NCBI GenBank assembly: GCA_963840855.1
Contig: CAWJBB010000091.1
Span: 1-18,674, forward strand
Reading direction: 5' to 3'
Source: an uncultured delta proteobacterium
GTDB lineage: Bacteria > Desulfobacterota > Binatia > UBA9968
Length of the DNA: 18,674 nt
The translations under genes were made by a program, and so were the position numbers. The notes beneath the pieces are model-generated. The model saw only the letters and a program-made list of their open reading frames with translations. It was not told the DNA's origin and made no database searches. Positions 1 through 7,452 of the stretch are shown here, one piece after another; the stretch's first letter is position 1, and every line of letters begins with the position of its first letter.

Positions 1-24
1 CAAAGGACGCAGAGAAGAGGGGAC

Positions 25-103
25 TCACCACGAAGGCACGAAGGTCACGAAGTTTAAGAGAATAATATCCGAACCCTTCGTGTTCTTCGTGCCTTCGTGG
101 TGA
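25..103. repeat. Long inverted repeat built of tandem CACGAAG units (REP/MITE-like hairpin)
   Basis: Left arm 25-52 TCACCACGAAGGCACGAAGGTCACGAAG matches the reverse complement of right arm 76-103 (TCACCACGAAGGCACGAAGAACACGAAG) at 26/28 positions, with a 23-nt AT-rich loop. Confidence 0.9.
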
Positions 104-144
104 AGAAAAATTTTCCGGCTGCGGGCCGGATGAGGGAGAAAATC

Positions 145-1257
145 ATGGCTAACAAAGTCGTTGCTGCGGTAAAAATTGCTGCCAGGCAAACCGAGGTCCG
201 CGAGTTCGATTTGCCGGATGTCCCGCCGGAGGGTGGTCTGCTCAAAGTGGAGGCCGCGGGAATCTGCGGCAGCGACGTTCGCTCCTATCCCCGGGCGATC
301 CGCAACGGGCCGCACATCATGGGGCATGAAAATATTGGTTTCATTGCCAAGGTGGGAAAGATCGCCGAACATCGATGGGGGGTCAAGGAAGGCGACCGGG
401 TTGCATTGGAAGAATATCTTCCCTGCGGTCACTGCGAGTGGTGCCGGGCGGGCGATTTTCGCATGTGCTACGAAACCGATATTCACAATACCCCGAACGC
501 GGCGCGCTATGGTTCGACGCCGGTAAACGTGGCTCCCGCGCTGTGGGGCGGGTTTAGCCAGTATCTTTATCTCCACCCCAACTCGGTATTTCATAAAGTC
601 CCGAGCCACGTCCCGGCAGAGCAGGCTGCGCTCGCCTTGCCGCTGGGCAACGGTTGGCAGTGGGCGCACAGCGACGGCGGTGTCGGTCCAGGCAAGTCGG
701 TGCTGATCCAGGGACCGGGGCAGCAGGGCTTAGGTTGCGTACTTGCTTCCAAGGAAGCGGGCGCGGCCTGCATCATTGTCTCTGGGCTCTCGCGCGATAC
801 CAGCCGCCTTGAAATCGCGAAGCGTCTCGGCGCCGACTTTACCATCAATGTCGAGAAAGAAGATTTGCGCGAGCGGGTGCGCGAGATCACGGCGGGTCGA
901 GGCGTCGACACCGTTATCGATGTCGCTGCCTCCACCGAGGCAACAATCCTTCCGGCGATGGACGTGCTGCACATGAAACGAAGCACTTTGGTGATTGCCG
1001 CGGGCAACATGAATCAGCAGATCGCCAATTTTCCGTTGGGCATTATCAAGCTCAAATATCTCACGGTGAAAGGCGGGCGCGGCCATAGCTACCATGCCGT
1101 CGAAATGGCGCTGCGAACAATCGCCTCTGGCAAATACCCGCTGGAGGCGATGTGCAGCCATCAGTTCGACCTCAGTCACGTCGATGAAGCGATCCGAACG
1201 GCGAGCGGAGAAGGAAAGCCCGGCGCGATCCATGTCAGCGTCGTGCCGGCGCATTGA
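145..1257 (+). CDS. Zinc-dependent alcohol dehydrogenase (MDR superfamily, threonine/sorbitol dehydrogenase-like)
   Basis: GICGSD, GHE, structural Zn motif [15 protein letters not shown] and Rossmann GPGQQG. Start moved from 97 to ATG 145 (MANKVV) because of the RBS-like GAGGGAG at ~132-138 and because the GTG at 97 lies inside the hairpin repeat. Confidence 0.92.
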   Translation: MANKVVAAVKIAARQTEVREFDLPDVPPEGGLLKVEAAGICGSDVRSYPRAIRNGPHIMGHENIGFIAKVGKIAEHRWGVKEGDRVALEEYLPCGHCEWCRAGDFRMCYETDIHNTPNAARYGSTPVNVAPALWGGFSQYLYLHPNSVFHKVPSHVPAEQAALALPLGNGWQWAHSDGGVGPGKSVLIQGPGQQGLGCVLASKEAGAACIIVSGLSRDTSRLEIAKRLGADFTINVEKEDLRERVREITAGRGVDTVIDVAASTEATILPAMDVLHMKRSTLVIAAGNMNQQIANFPLGIIKLKYLTVKGGRGHSYHAVEMALRTIASGKYPLEAMCSHQFDLSHVDEAIRTASGEGKPGAIHVSVVPAH

Positions 1258-1305
1258 ATGTCGCCGACTTGAACCCGAAGAGAAGCGCGAGGATTTAAGA
1301 AAACA

Positions 1306-1322
1306 TCAAACGGCACGTTTGA
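1306..1322. promoter_or_regulatory. Short palindrome TCAAACG-N3-CGTTTGA (possible operator or hairpin)
   Basis: Perfect 7-bp arms about 25 nt upstream of the 1348 start codon. Confidence 0.3.
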
Positions 1323-1347
1323 AGGATTTTCTCACAGGAGGCCTGCG

Positions 1348-2412
1348 ATGAATATGAAAGCGCGGTCCTTAATCTCCATGGTTCTTGTCGGCGCGGTCAT
1401 TTTGGGTGCCCATTGGGCGCGGGCGGCCAGCGTCACGGAGATCGCTCTCGATAAGAGTAAAGACCGGCAAAACAAGATCGAGGAAGGAGCAAAAAAGGAA
1501 GGCGAGGTCGTGTGGTATACCTCCCTCGCCGTCGAAGATTCCACGCAGGTCGTCCAGCTCTTCGAGAAGCGCTATCCATTCGTCAAGATCAAGCTCACCC
1601 GCCTTACCTCCGAGCGTGTCTTGCAGCGTTATCTTGCCGAATTTCAGGCTAGTCGATTTATCGCCGATATCATCGACACCAACGATTTTCAGATGGAACT
1701 GCCGCGGCGGAAGGGCACGCTGCAAGCCTATTACACGCCGTCGGTGGATAAGTATGACAAGCGGTTTTTACAACCCCAGGGCTATTGGGTCGCTAGCCGG
1801 CTGACGATGATTGTGTCCGCCTACAACACTCGCATAGTGCCGCCGAGTGAAGCCCCCAAGAAGTATGAGGATCTGCTTAACCCAAAATGGAAAGGAAAAA
1901 TGTCGCTGGAGCGGGAGCAGACTGAATGGTTCATCAGCCTGATGGAACACTGGGGCGATGAGAAAGGCAAAGCCTTTTTCCAGAAACTCGGCGCGCAAAA
2001 TCCCAGCATCCGAAGCGGCCATAGCCAGATGGCCCAATTGATCATTGCCGGAGAAGATCCGCTGTCGCCGAACGCTTATAGCCATCACTATCCCCGGGCC
2101 ATGGCCAAGGGCGCGCCGGTAGACTGGAACAATTTGGAGCCTGTGATTGGCAAGACTGTCGTGTCAGCGATGGCCAAAAATGCTCCTCATCCGCACGCCA
2201 CCATGCTCTTCCTCGATTTCTTTTTTAGCAAAGACGGCGGCCAGAAGGTGGTGCACGATGCCAACCGCATCGGCACGCACCCGGAACTGCTTCCCGATCC
2301 GCCGCGGCTGCGCCAAGGATTTGATTTTGTCATTGTCGACCCTGCTAAATATATGGACAAGATCGGCCAGTACGACAAGCTGTGGCGCGAATGGGTCCTG
2401 GGAGGAAAATAA
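1348..2412 (+). CDS. ABC transporter substrate-binding protein, Fe3+/thiamine/polyamine (AfuA-like) family
   Basis: Signal peptide ending ...WARA, EGAKKEGEVVWYTS, YNT...PKKYEDLLNPKWKGK and KNAPHPHATMLFLDFFFS motifs. RBS CAGGAGG upstream. Confidence 0.9.
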   Translation: MNMKARSLISMVLVGAVILGAHWARAASVTEIALDKSKDRQNKIEEGAKKEGEVVWYTSLAVEDSTQVVQLFEKRYPFVKIKLTRLTSERVLQRYLAEFQASRFIADIIDTNDFQMELPRRKGTLQAYYTPSVDKYDKRFLQPQGYWVASRLTMIVSAYNTRIVPPSEAPKKYEDLLNPKWKGKMSLEREQTEWFISLMEHWGDEKGKAFFQKLGAQNPSIRSGHSQMAQLIIAGEDPLSPNAYSHHYPRAMAKGAPVDWNNLEPVIGKTVVSAMAKNAPHPHATMLFLDFFFSKDGGQKVVHDANRIGTHPELLPDPPRLRQGFDFVIVDPAKYMDKIGQYDKLWREWVLGGK

Positions 2413-2436
2413 TGAGAGCGCCGGAGTTTCATCATT

Positions 2437-2476
2437 TTTCTCGGCGCGCGGGCAGCTCATCCCGCGCAAGGAGAAA
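2437..2476 (+). terminator. Intergenic stem-loop (terminator or stability hairpin candidate)
   Basis: TTTCTC..GCGCGGG-CAGCTCAT-CCCGCGC..GAGAAA, about 25 nt after the SBP stop. No clear U-tract on the + strand. Confidence 0.35.
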
Positions 2477-2522
2477 CGACGCTAAGAACGCCGGGTGTTG
2501 AGAGCTGATGAAAGGGACTTCA

Positions 2523-2915
2523 ATGCAGGTCGCAATCGTTCATGTCGTTTGCGTCGCGAGTGTGGTGCTCTCGCTAGCTTCGGTTCTCATTGCCCCCGCG
2601 TGGCCGGGTGGTTTGGGTGGCGATCATTCTCATGACCATCCGTCGTTTTTCGGCTTTGTCAAAGACGCCAAAGGCAAGGTCGTAGCCGATGCCAAGGTAA
2701 AGGCGGAGATCAAGGGCCGCTTCTCTCTGGTCGCGCGCACGGATGCCACCGGTTTGTATAAGATTCCCGAATTGACCAAGGATATCGCATACAAAGACGT
2801 GACCGTCTCCTGCAGCAAGGAGGGCTATCGGCAGCTCCGCACCTTGACAAGGTCACGGCAAGCCAAACTGCCCATCGAGATCGAATGCACCATGCAGCGC
2901 TTGGACGCGAAATAA
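2523..2915 (+). CDS. Secreted carboxypeptidase-regulatory-like (beta-sandwich) domain protein with His-rich N-terminus, copy 1
   Basis: Hydrophobic signal, then WPGGLGGDHSHDH, FFGFVKDAKGKVVADAKV, RTDATGLYKI, VSCSKEGY and ECTMQR. ATG 2523 follows GAAAGGGA (alternative start 2508). Paralog of 5930-6340. Confidence 0.8.
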   Translation: MQVAIVHVVCVASVVLSLASVLIAPAWPGGLGGDHSHDHPSFFGFVKDAKGKVVADAKVKAEIKGRFSLVARTDATGLYKIPELTKDIAYKDVTVSCSKEGYRQLRTLTRSRQAKLPIEIECTMQRLDAK

Positions 2916-2929
2916 TGTGATCGTTAAAG

Positions 2930-2998
2930 AAAGAGAGATCGAACCTCCGTTGCCGCGGTATCAATGACGCGACGACAACCGGTGCGCGATCCCTCTTT
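2930..2998. terminator. Long hairpin between convergent genes (possible bidirectional terminator)
   Basis: AAAGAGAGATCG (2930-2941) pairs with CGATCCCTCTTT (2987-2998) at 11/12 positions, with inner GTTG..CGCG/CGCG..CAAC pairing. Confidence 0.45.
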
Positions 2999-3025
2999 TA
3001 GCGGTAGCGGCCGGCGCAGATCGGC

Positions 3026-4704
3026 TTAATTCAACACTTCGATATATCCCATCTTGCCCGAGGTCATCCCGGACCACCAGACGCGCTTCGGATTAACCCG
3101 GTCGACCTCGATTCTTCTGTTGTCCGATTCTGCGTTCGGCAGCGGGTACTCCGTGAAAGTTTCGGTCGCGGGATCGAATTTGGCGATCTTATCGACGTGC
3201 TGCTCGCTAAACCATACGAGCTTACTCTTTGGATCTCCCTGCACGGAATAAGGGCCGGCGTCTTTGGTCGGCGGTGTGTAGACCGTCATTTCGGTGGTCT
3301 TATAATCGATCTTCATCAGATGCCCGGCGCCGTGGAGTCCGACCCAGATGTTGCCTTCTGAATCCATTCCGCCTTTACGCGCGACGGGGTCATGCACCGG
3401 AATTGGGAATTCTTCTATTTTCCCCGAGACCGGATCGATGCGCGCCATCTGGTTCACGGCGTTTTCGATGATCCAAATCTTGTTATCGCCCGCGATGGCC
3501 ATGCCGTAAGGACTAGCGGTTCGCCCATTCTTGACTCCGGCAGGAGCTTCAAACACGGTGAACTCCCGGGTCTTGGGATCTAAGCGAATGATCTGGTTGG
3601 AGCCGATGGAATTGAGCCAGACGGTTCCGTTGGGGTGGACGCGCATGCTATTGCCGCTGGCATTGCCATTTTTTAGTTTTGGCAGTGGATAGACGCCGAA
3701 CTCCTTGGCGCGTGTGTCATAGCTCAAGAATCGGCGGTTGGGCCCGCCATCGACGAACCAAAGCTTATCCCGCGCATCATAGGTGATGCCGTTCAGACGC
3801 ATGAGCTTGGATTCTCCGGCGGGCGGCGAGACCTCGGAATAAACCAGGCTTTTGCCGTCCAGTCGTCCGAGCTTGCCACCTCTTCGTTGACTGACCCAGC
3901 CGTTGCCCTCGGCGTCCGCCGTGATTTCATGCGGTTCCGCGCTGGCGTCCGGCAACTCATATTCCACCGCCATATACTTGATGGCATCGCCTTGAAGTAA
4001 AGTTCTGGGTAAGCGACTGTTGGGATCCGGCTTCACCCTGGCGACTCTATCTCTGGCGTTGTAATTCGTCGTGAAATAATCGGCGAGAACTTTCGCTTCC
4101 TGATCGGTCAAATCTTTGGCGAAATTGGAGCCCCGCGCGTAAAGCCGCATGTTCAGGATGACCTCTTCCCAGCGCTCCCGATCGGCGCGGACTCTCGCTA
4201 CGCGCGCGGCGTCATGGCAGGTGAGACATTTTGCCTCGGCGATTTTCTTGCCCTCGCCTTCCGGCAAGACGGGTTGCACTCCCGCTGCGCGCTCTGCTTC
4301 GGCGCCGCGCTCGCCGGGCCGCCGACCCGGCCATGCGGGGGGAGCTGCGGCGCCCGCTTGGCTGTCAGCGATATATCATGGGTCGCGGGCCGGCCGGCGG
4401 CGACATCCACCGGCGGTGACATTTCGCTCTGGAACTCGCCGCCGACGCCCTGCACGACATACCTCCCGGACGGAAGGGTATTAACAGAGTAACGGCCTGC
4501 CGCCTGGCTAACCACCATGAAGGTGAGCCGCCGTTCGGCGTTTTTCATTTTCACAAAGGCGCCGGCGACTGGCGCCCCCGATGCGTCTTTGACTACTCCC
4601 TGTAAGGTGCCGGCGCGGTCTTGCGCATAAATGAAATCGGGATAGCAAAGCACGAGTGCGGCGAGCGCCACAAAAACTATCTGCGCATTTATTTTTTTAA
4701 ACAT
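3026..4704 (-). CDS. Frameshifted secreted multidomain protein: signal peptide + carboxypeptidase-regulatory-like domain + monoheme cytochrome c + Vgb-lyase-like beta-propeller (about 559 aa if joined)
   Basis: RBS GGAGGAG before ATG 4704 (MFKKINAQ..IYAQ). GTLQGVVKDASGAPVAGAFV...LPSGRYVV lies in one frame. LPEGEGKKIAEAKCLTCH...W..VILNM and repeated propeller blades (G.IW......I...DP.T......Y..P) lie in the -1 frame. One extra base in the G6 run at 4337-4342 joins them as ..QLPPAWPGRRPG... Confidence 0.8.
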
Positions 4705-4802
4705 CGCTTCTCCTCCTGCGTCGTATTTTGCTTGCGCTGCAAGAACGATTAGAAAAAGAAAAACTCCTCGGACCTTTTTGGGCTGTGAGTCAACCTCGGC
4801 CG

Positions 4803-4832
4803 AGATTACCTCAGCCGGTATTATTGCGTCAA
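4803..4832 (-). promoter_or_regulatory. Sigma70-like promoter candidate for the heme c/beta-propeller gene
   Basis: Minus strand reads TTGACG-N18-TAATCT, about 100 nt upstream of ATG 4704. Confidence 0.55.
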
Positions 4833-4849
4833 ACTGATCTTTCCCTGAT

Positions 4850-4965
4850 CCGTCGATAAGGGGCGCTTGCTTCGTTGTCACGTCGGACTCGCATCCTCAC
4901 GTACTGCCGATGTACGCTCCGGTGCGAGCCTTCGCTCCGCCTCGCACCCACCGCCTTCTCGACGG
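4850..4965. repeat. MITE/REP-like nested hairpin element
   Basis: Terminal IR CCGTCGATAAGG (4850-4861) / CCTTCTCGACGG (4954-4965), 11/12 match. Internal stems CTCGCATC/GGTGCGAG and CGTAC/GTACG. Confidence 0.65.
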
Positions 4966-5018
4966 CTAGGTTAATCAAATAGATACGACCTTACGCATGC
5001 ATTATGATCTTCATCGTC

Positions 5019-5048
5019 TTGACGCCGAACTGTTGTCTGAGGTAGCTT
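5019..5048 (+). promoter_or_regulatory. Sigma70-like promoter candidate for the membrane-protein operon
   Basis: TTGACG-N18-TAGCTT, 28 nt upstream of ATG 5077. Mirrors the minus-strand promoter at 4803-4832. Confidence 0.55.
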
Positions 5049-5076
5049 CGGTCGAGCCCACTTAATCGCAGAGCTT

Positions 5077-5538
5077 ATGACCGTCGTCTTATTGATCATT
5101 CACGGACTCCTGGCCGTGACCCTGCTCGGCGCCATTACCCATCAAGCCATTGGCGTTTGCTGGCCGGCGCGCGGCACCGCGGCGTCCTTCGTCGGGCGCA
5201 TGCGCATGGTTTCCGCGTCGACCTATGTGAACGCCATAGTGGTGCTTTACATGCTGACCGCGATCCTTGGCGGGGTAATCTATCCGATCTATCGGATCAG
5301 CGTTAGATTCGTGCTCGAACAGTCACAGCTTTACGCCGCCAACGGCTCGTTCGAGTTGAAGGAGCATTTTGTCGCGGTGGGCCTGGGCATGCTACCGATC
5401 TATTGGTATGTCTGGCGCCAACCCCTCGCCGACGTTTTCGCGCGCACGCGCACCGTCATAACCGGAATGCTCGCCTTTATCGTCTGGTGGAGCTTCCTTG
5501 TGGGACATATTCTCAACAACATTCGAGGGCTCGAATAA
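5077..5538 (+). CDS. Uncharacterised integral membrane protein (about 4 TM) with His9, His22, His97, His144
   Basis: Four hydrophobic stretches with motifs IIHGLLAVTLLGAITHQ, YPIYR, FELKEH and GHILNN. The stop overlaps the next start (TAATG). Confidence 0.8.
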   Translation: MTVVLLIIHGLLAVTLLGAITHQAIGVCWPARGTAASFVGRMRMVSASTYVNAIVVLYMLTAILGGVIYPIYRISVRFVLEQSQLYAANGSFELKEHFVAVGLGMLPIYWYVWRQPLADVFARTRTVITGMLAFIVWWSFLVGHILNNIRGLE

Positions 5539-5876
5539 TGGCCGTCGCCCATTCGCATCCGGTCTTCGCCATCACCTTCGCGGTCACTTACGCGATTCTT
5601 TACGTTCTGGCCGTCGAATACAATTGGGCGCTGTTTACCTACCATCCGGTCACGGAGGAGTTTCATTTTTTGGTCGAGAGAGCGGCGGATGGACCATCGA
5701 TGTACTGGTACGGTTGGATGGCCACGGCCGGCTTGGGCGCGCTGTTCATCGCGGCCATTGTTGCCCGGCTGCCGGCGGGGTTAACCAACCGCCTGGCGAT
5801 CGGTCTTTCCTGGGCGATCCCACTGGCCACAATGGGTGTCTTTGTTTATCTCATGAAGGATTTCTTTTTCCGATAA
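5538..5876 (+). CDS. Uncharacterised small membrane protein (about 3 TM, 112 aa)
   Basis: ATG 5538 overlaps the upstream TAA. Hydrophobic helices with aromatic motifs NWALFTYHP and GPSMYWYGW. Confidence 0.78.
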   Translation: MAVAHSHPVFAITFAVTYAILYVLAVEYNWALFTYHPVTEEFHFLVERAADGPSMYWYGWMATAGLGALFIAAIVARLPAGLTNRLAIGLSWAIPLATMGVFVYLMKDFFFR

Positions 5877-5929
5877 AATTGGCATAACCTAAAGATGTCC
5901 CGCCGCGCTCAATGTCATCTGGAGGATAG

Positions 5930-6340
5930 ATGAATCTGGCTTCGACACGTGCCGCTTTTCTGCTCACCCTTACGCTTGGTTTCGCCTTGATTACGTTCAC
6001 GCCCGGATGGCCGGGAGGCGACGCCGGCGACCACGACCACAGCGATGATGACGGTCCGCGCTTCTTCGGCTTCGTCAAGGAAACCAGCGGGAGAATCGTT
6101 CCCGACGCCAAAGTAACGGCGGAGATCAAAGGTCTCGGATCAGTGGTAACTCGCAGCGACAAATTAGGAACCTACAAGCTGCCCGGCTTTGGCAAACATA
6201 TTTCTCCCAACAACATAACCATCTCATGCAGCAAAGATGGTTATAAGCAGACCAGGGCACTCCGGCGCACGGCACCCGGAAAGGAGCCGGTCACGGCGAT
6301 CGAGACCGAATGCACCATGCAGCGCGTTGGCGCGAAATAG
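5930..6340 (+). CDS. Secreted carboxypeptidase-regulatory-like domain protein with His/Asp-rich N-terminus, copy 2
   Basis: RBS GGAGGA at 5921-5926. Signal peptide, WPGGDAGDHDHSDDD, FFGFVK, DAKV.AEIKG, SCSKDGY and ECTMQR. Paralog of 2523-2915. Confidence 0.85.
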   Translation: MNLASTRAAFLLTLTLGFALITFTPGWPGGDAGDHDHSDDDGPRFFGFVKETSGRIVPDAKVTAEIKGLGSVVTRSDKLGTYKLPGFGKHISPNNITISCSKDGYKQTRALRRTAPGKEPVTAIETECTMQRVGAK

Positions 6341-6432
6341 CCGTGCCCTCTCCGCGGGACTGAGGCATGCGGATATCCGGCTTTGTCGATGAACGTTAGT
6401 TCCCGGACACTGTGACAGGCTTGAGGTTTAAC

Positions 6433-7443
6433 ATGGGTTGGCCGGGAAACGTGAAATTTCGGATTGCTCTCGCCTTCGGCGCGCTTCTTGCCGCTCTCAC
6501 GAACTCGGCTGCCGCCCAGACGACGGTTCTCCGCTATGCGCAAGCTGCTTCGGCGGTGCGCAGCATTTTTTCTCTTCCGATAACAGTCGGCGACCGCGAA
6601 GGCTATTTTCGCCGCGAGGGACTGGATTTCAAAATCGTCGTGCCCATTCCCGGCGGATCGGATAAAATGATCGATGCGCTGCACGACGACACGGCGGACA
6701 TCACGCATGTCGCCACGGCCTTTCTAGTTCGCGCCGCCCTTACCAAATCCGACGCGGTGGCCATCGCCGCGGAATTCAACAACCCGATATATAGTTTGAT
6801 CGCCAAGCCCGATATCAAAAGCTTTGCCGACCTCAAAGGAAAGCTGCTCGGCATGGCGGACGAAGCCGGCACGATCACGTTATCGACGCGCAAGCTGCTC
6901 ACGCTGCACGGATTAAAAGCCGGTGATTTCCGGGTAAAAACCATCGAGGGCACACCGACGCGATATAATTGTCTGAGGCGCGGCGAGTGCGACGCCGTAC
7001 CGCTCGGGCAGCCGCAGGACCTGATGGCGATCAAAGACGGATACCGTCTGGTGGGAATATCCAACGACGCGGTGCCCGACTTTCTCTATACCGTCACCGC
7101 CGCGCGCCGCTCCTGGGCGGAAAAGAACAAGGACGCCGTCACGCGCTACCTGCGCGGATTGGCGGCGGCTTTTAAGTTCGTTCGCGACCGAGCCCATCGG
7201 CCGGCGGTCGTCAAGACCATTATCGAGTGGACCGATTCGCCCCCGGACATCGCTGAGCAGACGCTCAAATTATACTTTGAGCCCGAGCGCAACGTTTTGC
7301 CTCGGCAAGGCGAGATTAACGTCAAAGGAATGGCTCAGGTCATTGCCTTCATGGCCGAAGCAGGAACAATCAAGGCGCCGCTGCCACCGGCCGAGCGATT
7401 TATCGACCTGCAATACCTGCGCGCGGCCGGTATCCAGCAATAG
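6433..7443 (+). CDS. ABC transporter substrate-binding protein, NitT/TauT/SsuA (NMT1/THI5-like) family
   Basis: Signal peptide ..SAAAQ, EGYFRREGLD, IKSFADLKGKLLG and C-terminal ERFIDLQYL. ATG 6433 follows GAGGT (alternative starts 6412 or 6451). Confidence 0.88.
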   Translation: MGWPGNVKFRIALAFGALLAALTNSAAAQTTVLRYAQAASAVRSIFSLPITVGDREGYFRREGLDFKIVVPIPGGSDKMIDALHDDTADITHVATAFLVRAALTKSDAVAIAAEFNNPIYSLIAKPDIKSFADLKGKLLGMADEAGTITLSTRKLLTLHGLKAGDFRVKTIEGTPTRYNCLRRGECDAVPLGQPQDLMAIKDGYRLVGISNDAVPDFLYTVTAARRSWAEKNKDAVTRYLRGLAAAFKFVRDRAHRPAVVKTIIEWTDSPPDIAEQTLKLYFEPERNVLPRQGEINVKGMAQVIAFMAEAGTIKAPLPPAERFIDLQYLRAAGIQQ

Positions 7444-7452
7444 GAGTGAGCG

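Noticed and set aside
25-103. CRISPR array
   Set aside because: The units are 7-bp heptamers in an inverted arrangement, with no unique spacers and no cas genes.
25-669. 214-aa minus-strand ORF
   Set aside because: Antisense shadow of the MDR gene. Its C-terminus merely translates the hairpin repeat.
3026-4279. Streptogramin B resistance gene vgb, or a standalone gene starting at 4279
   Set aside because: Only fold-level similarity. It is fused to heme c, which needs export, and the signal peptide is in the upstream frameshifted part.
4705-4881. N-terminal 59-aa extension of ORF 4198-4881
   Set aside because: It runs through the promoter and repeat element. The strong RBS and signal peptide support ATG 4704.
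4795-5056. Autonomous IS element
   Set aside because: Too short, no transposase ORF, and no evident target-site duplication.
5403-5537. N-terminal extension of ORF 5403-5876
   Set aside because: It overlaps the upstream gene out of frame. TAATG coupling supports start 5538.
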